This document shows positions 63,801-64,000 of a stretch of 64,000 nt of DNA, one piece after another (within the stretch, counting starts at the first letter, position 1; each line of letters opens with the position of its first letter). The position numbers were made by a program, and so were the translations under genes. Location of the stretch: contig CAXXTB010000001.1 in assembly GCA_963676795.2 (NCBI GenBank), positions 768,001 to 832,000 of the forward strand, given 5' to 3'. The notes beneath the pieces are model-generated. The model saw only the letters and a list, made by a program, of their open reading frames with translations, made no database searches and was not told where the DNA came from. Source of the stretch: Geopsychrobacteraceae bacterium (lineage in GTDB: Bacteria; Desulfobacterota; Desulfuromonadia; Desulfuromonadales; Geopsychrobacteraceae).

Positions 63801-63911
63801 CGTCAGGCTCTGCACGATGAGGACTACGAAAGCGATGAGATCGCTGAAATGATCGACTCGCTCGGTGCGCAGTGGGTCGCACTCAACAGGAATAGACTGA
63901 GGAGAACATAG
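60852..63911 (+). CDS. Large regulator: receiver + MalT-like helical/TPR region + C-terminal wHTH/BTAD
   Basis: N-terminal REC; helical repeats; LRVYCLGRF, LWPES, RLRR.L, W.GEFL BTAD-type motifs. Confidence 0.75.
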   Translation: MAETEQKNFTLLLVDDNPTNLMLVAHIIELDLPEVRVLTARSAREGLELTAREQIDGAFIDVQMPQMSGLDMCRVLRAREATARIPLVLLTAHTASPEMRAEGLEVGAYDFISQPISNVEMLARIKVMLRMCASERRFSQSHSGKELPSADHAQALRWLKGLLISGDGDLKDEDQPLLERLAGELPEPNSRNLERFFGLMATGFPLPWRRTLLKFSLIGHLPLALAQKLSEVSDVEAVSEYLGRHELSLQQTIDNQEFIVVEPRLLELLQERAVQVLSSEERRAVYLTAAEWFRRQDEFARALRCLILAEVYDEVSQLLSQAGFLLLDRHFPTLVAPVLGRIPERVLARCGWMSLFRGILDLRGSGENSDTWLELAYQRFLANGDERGQLLVLAKQVQQTLYFDGNFDAWREKKASLARLADTLLPSLSPFERFKVAYAYGLAELFFNGNLAMVDKVVGDALIDAQQLRLTEPQAELYYLHSLLSLHQGRMIVAHSSLEQGLRLADQGCKELEICLLQVLGCELLHAVGDLDGFLKQQELMAANCSSGLQKRTIIAALLGYYQASLNLARGELRGASEAIDILMLDGVTASHRPMYCRLLQLRGWIRALEGHVEAAEQDMTEALALRQRMGGELTSQENLLLAGVTCYSLGRFDKAAEYLDEALVRSKRFGEERMRAGIYAWQALVCARNGQPAAARQYLAQFAELIRRQQTTSFWGMTAEALEELLRLASELAVEVSLLSLLAVQDSCIDAVQGSRIPLLRVYCLGRFQLQMEGKLFDLSQTGQASRQILAALIVAPDRTISIEQLMGQLWPESSTTKARNSFDAAHSRLRRSLEEVFGKHIRDNYLVLEKGMLSLRHTQIDSLEYAELLLRARHHLQRERFWQAEMQLWKMDEAWQGEFLAGFDLADELVYTREDLTQMRIQQLSLLAQLLCQRQRFELAIPLLQKGLQMEPGQDQLVRQLLQIYRQQQDSRAAAQLLENYRQALHDEDYESDEIAEMIDSLGAQWVALNRNRLRRT

Positions 63912-63914
63912 AAA

Positions 63915-64000
63915 ATGGCAAATTGTGATGGTTGTAACGATAGCTCCTGTTCCGTCAAGCAACAGGACAATCCCAATGACCCTCAAGTTCAGATGAAGCG
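63915..64000 (+). CDS. 5' start of a gene with a Cys-rich N-terminus, possibly an Mrp/NBP35 Fe-S carrier ATPase
   Basis: GAGGAG RBS, then MANCDGCNDSSCSVKQQDNPNDPQVQMK; truncated by the window, so identity is tentative. Confidence 0.4.
   Translation, partial: MANCDGCNDSSCSVKQQDNPNDPQVQMK

Noticed and set aside
61656..63986. Long antisense ORFs (also 11377-12705, 16216-17799, 20898-22238, 47195-48412)
   Set aside because: They are shadow frames of GC-rich genes on the opposite strand and have no motifs of their own.

Overview
A GC-rich chromosomal window, most likely from a Desulfuromonadales bacterium (Geobacter/Desulfuromonas relative), judged from the backbone order larB-larC-pgpA-cinA-recA-pilT-recX-alaS-HK-hslVU-argBDFGH-dapA-dapB-dapL. 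No tRNA, rRNA, CRISPR array, integrase or transposase was found. Accessory features of interest: (i) a GAF-GGDEF gene divergent from an HD-GYP operon that has a terminator-containing leader and encodes a soluble, transmembrane-less MotA-like protein retaining the FliG-contacting charged residues, a candidate c-di-GMP-linked flagellar clutch or brake; (ii) a ~10 kb catabolic island (TRAP transporter, aromatic-acid decarboxylase-like amidohydrolase, degenerate shikimate-dehydrogenase homologue, MFS, IclR) with two paralogous double-HTH TetR genes and a recurring palindromic operator; (iii) a LytS/LytTR pair whose candidate 21-bp-periodic boxes lie upstream of an ABM + Na+-pumping methylmalonyl-CoA-decarboxylase-type operon; (iv) orphan or degenerate genes (P-II-like, PhnG-like, AbiEi-like, RuvC-fold, FlgC-like, a CLC with an altered filter); (v) intergenic palindromic elements, one carrying a 16-bp tandem repeat. 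Two small lipoprotein genes and two edge-truncated genes absent from the ORF track were read directly from the sequence. All family assignments come from motif recognition by eye, not database searches.
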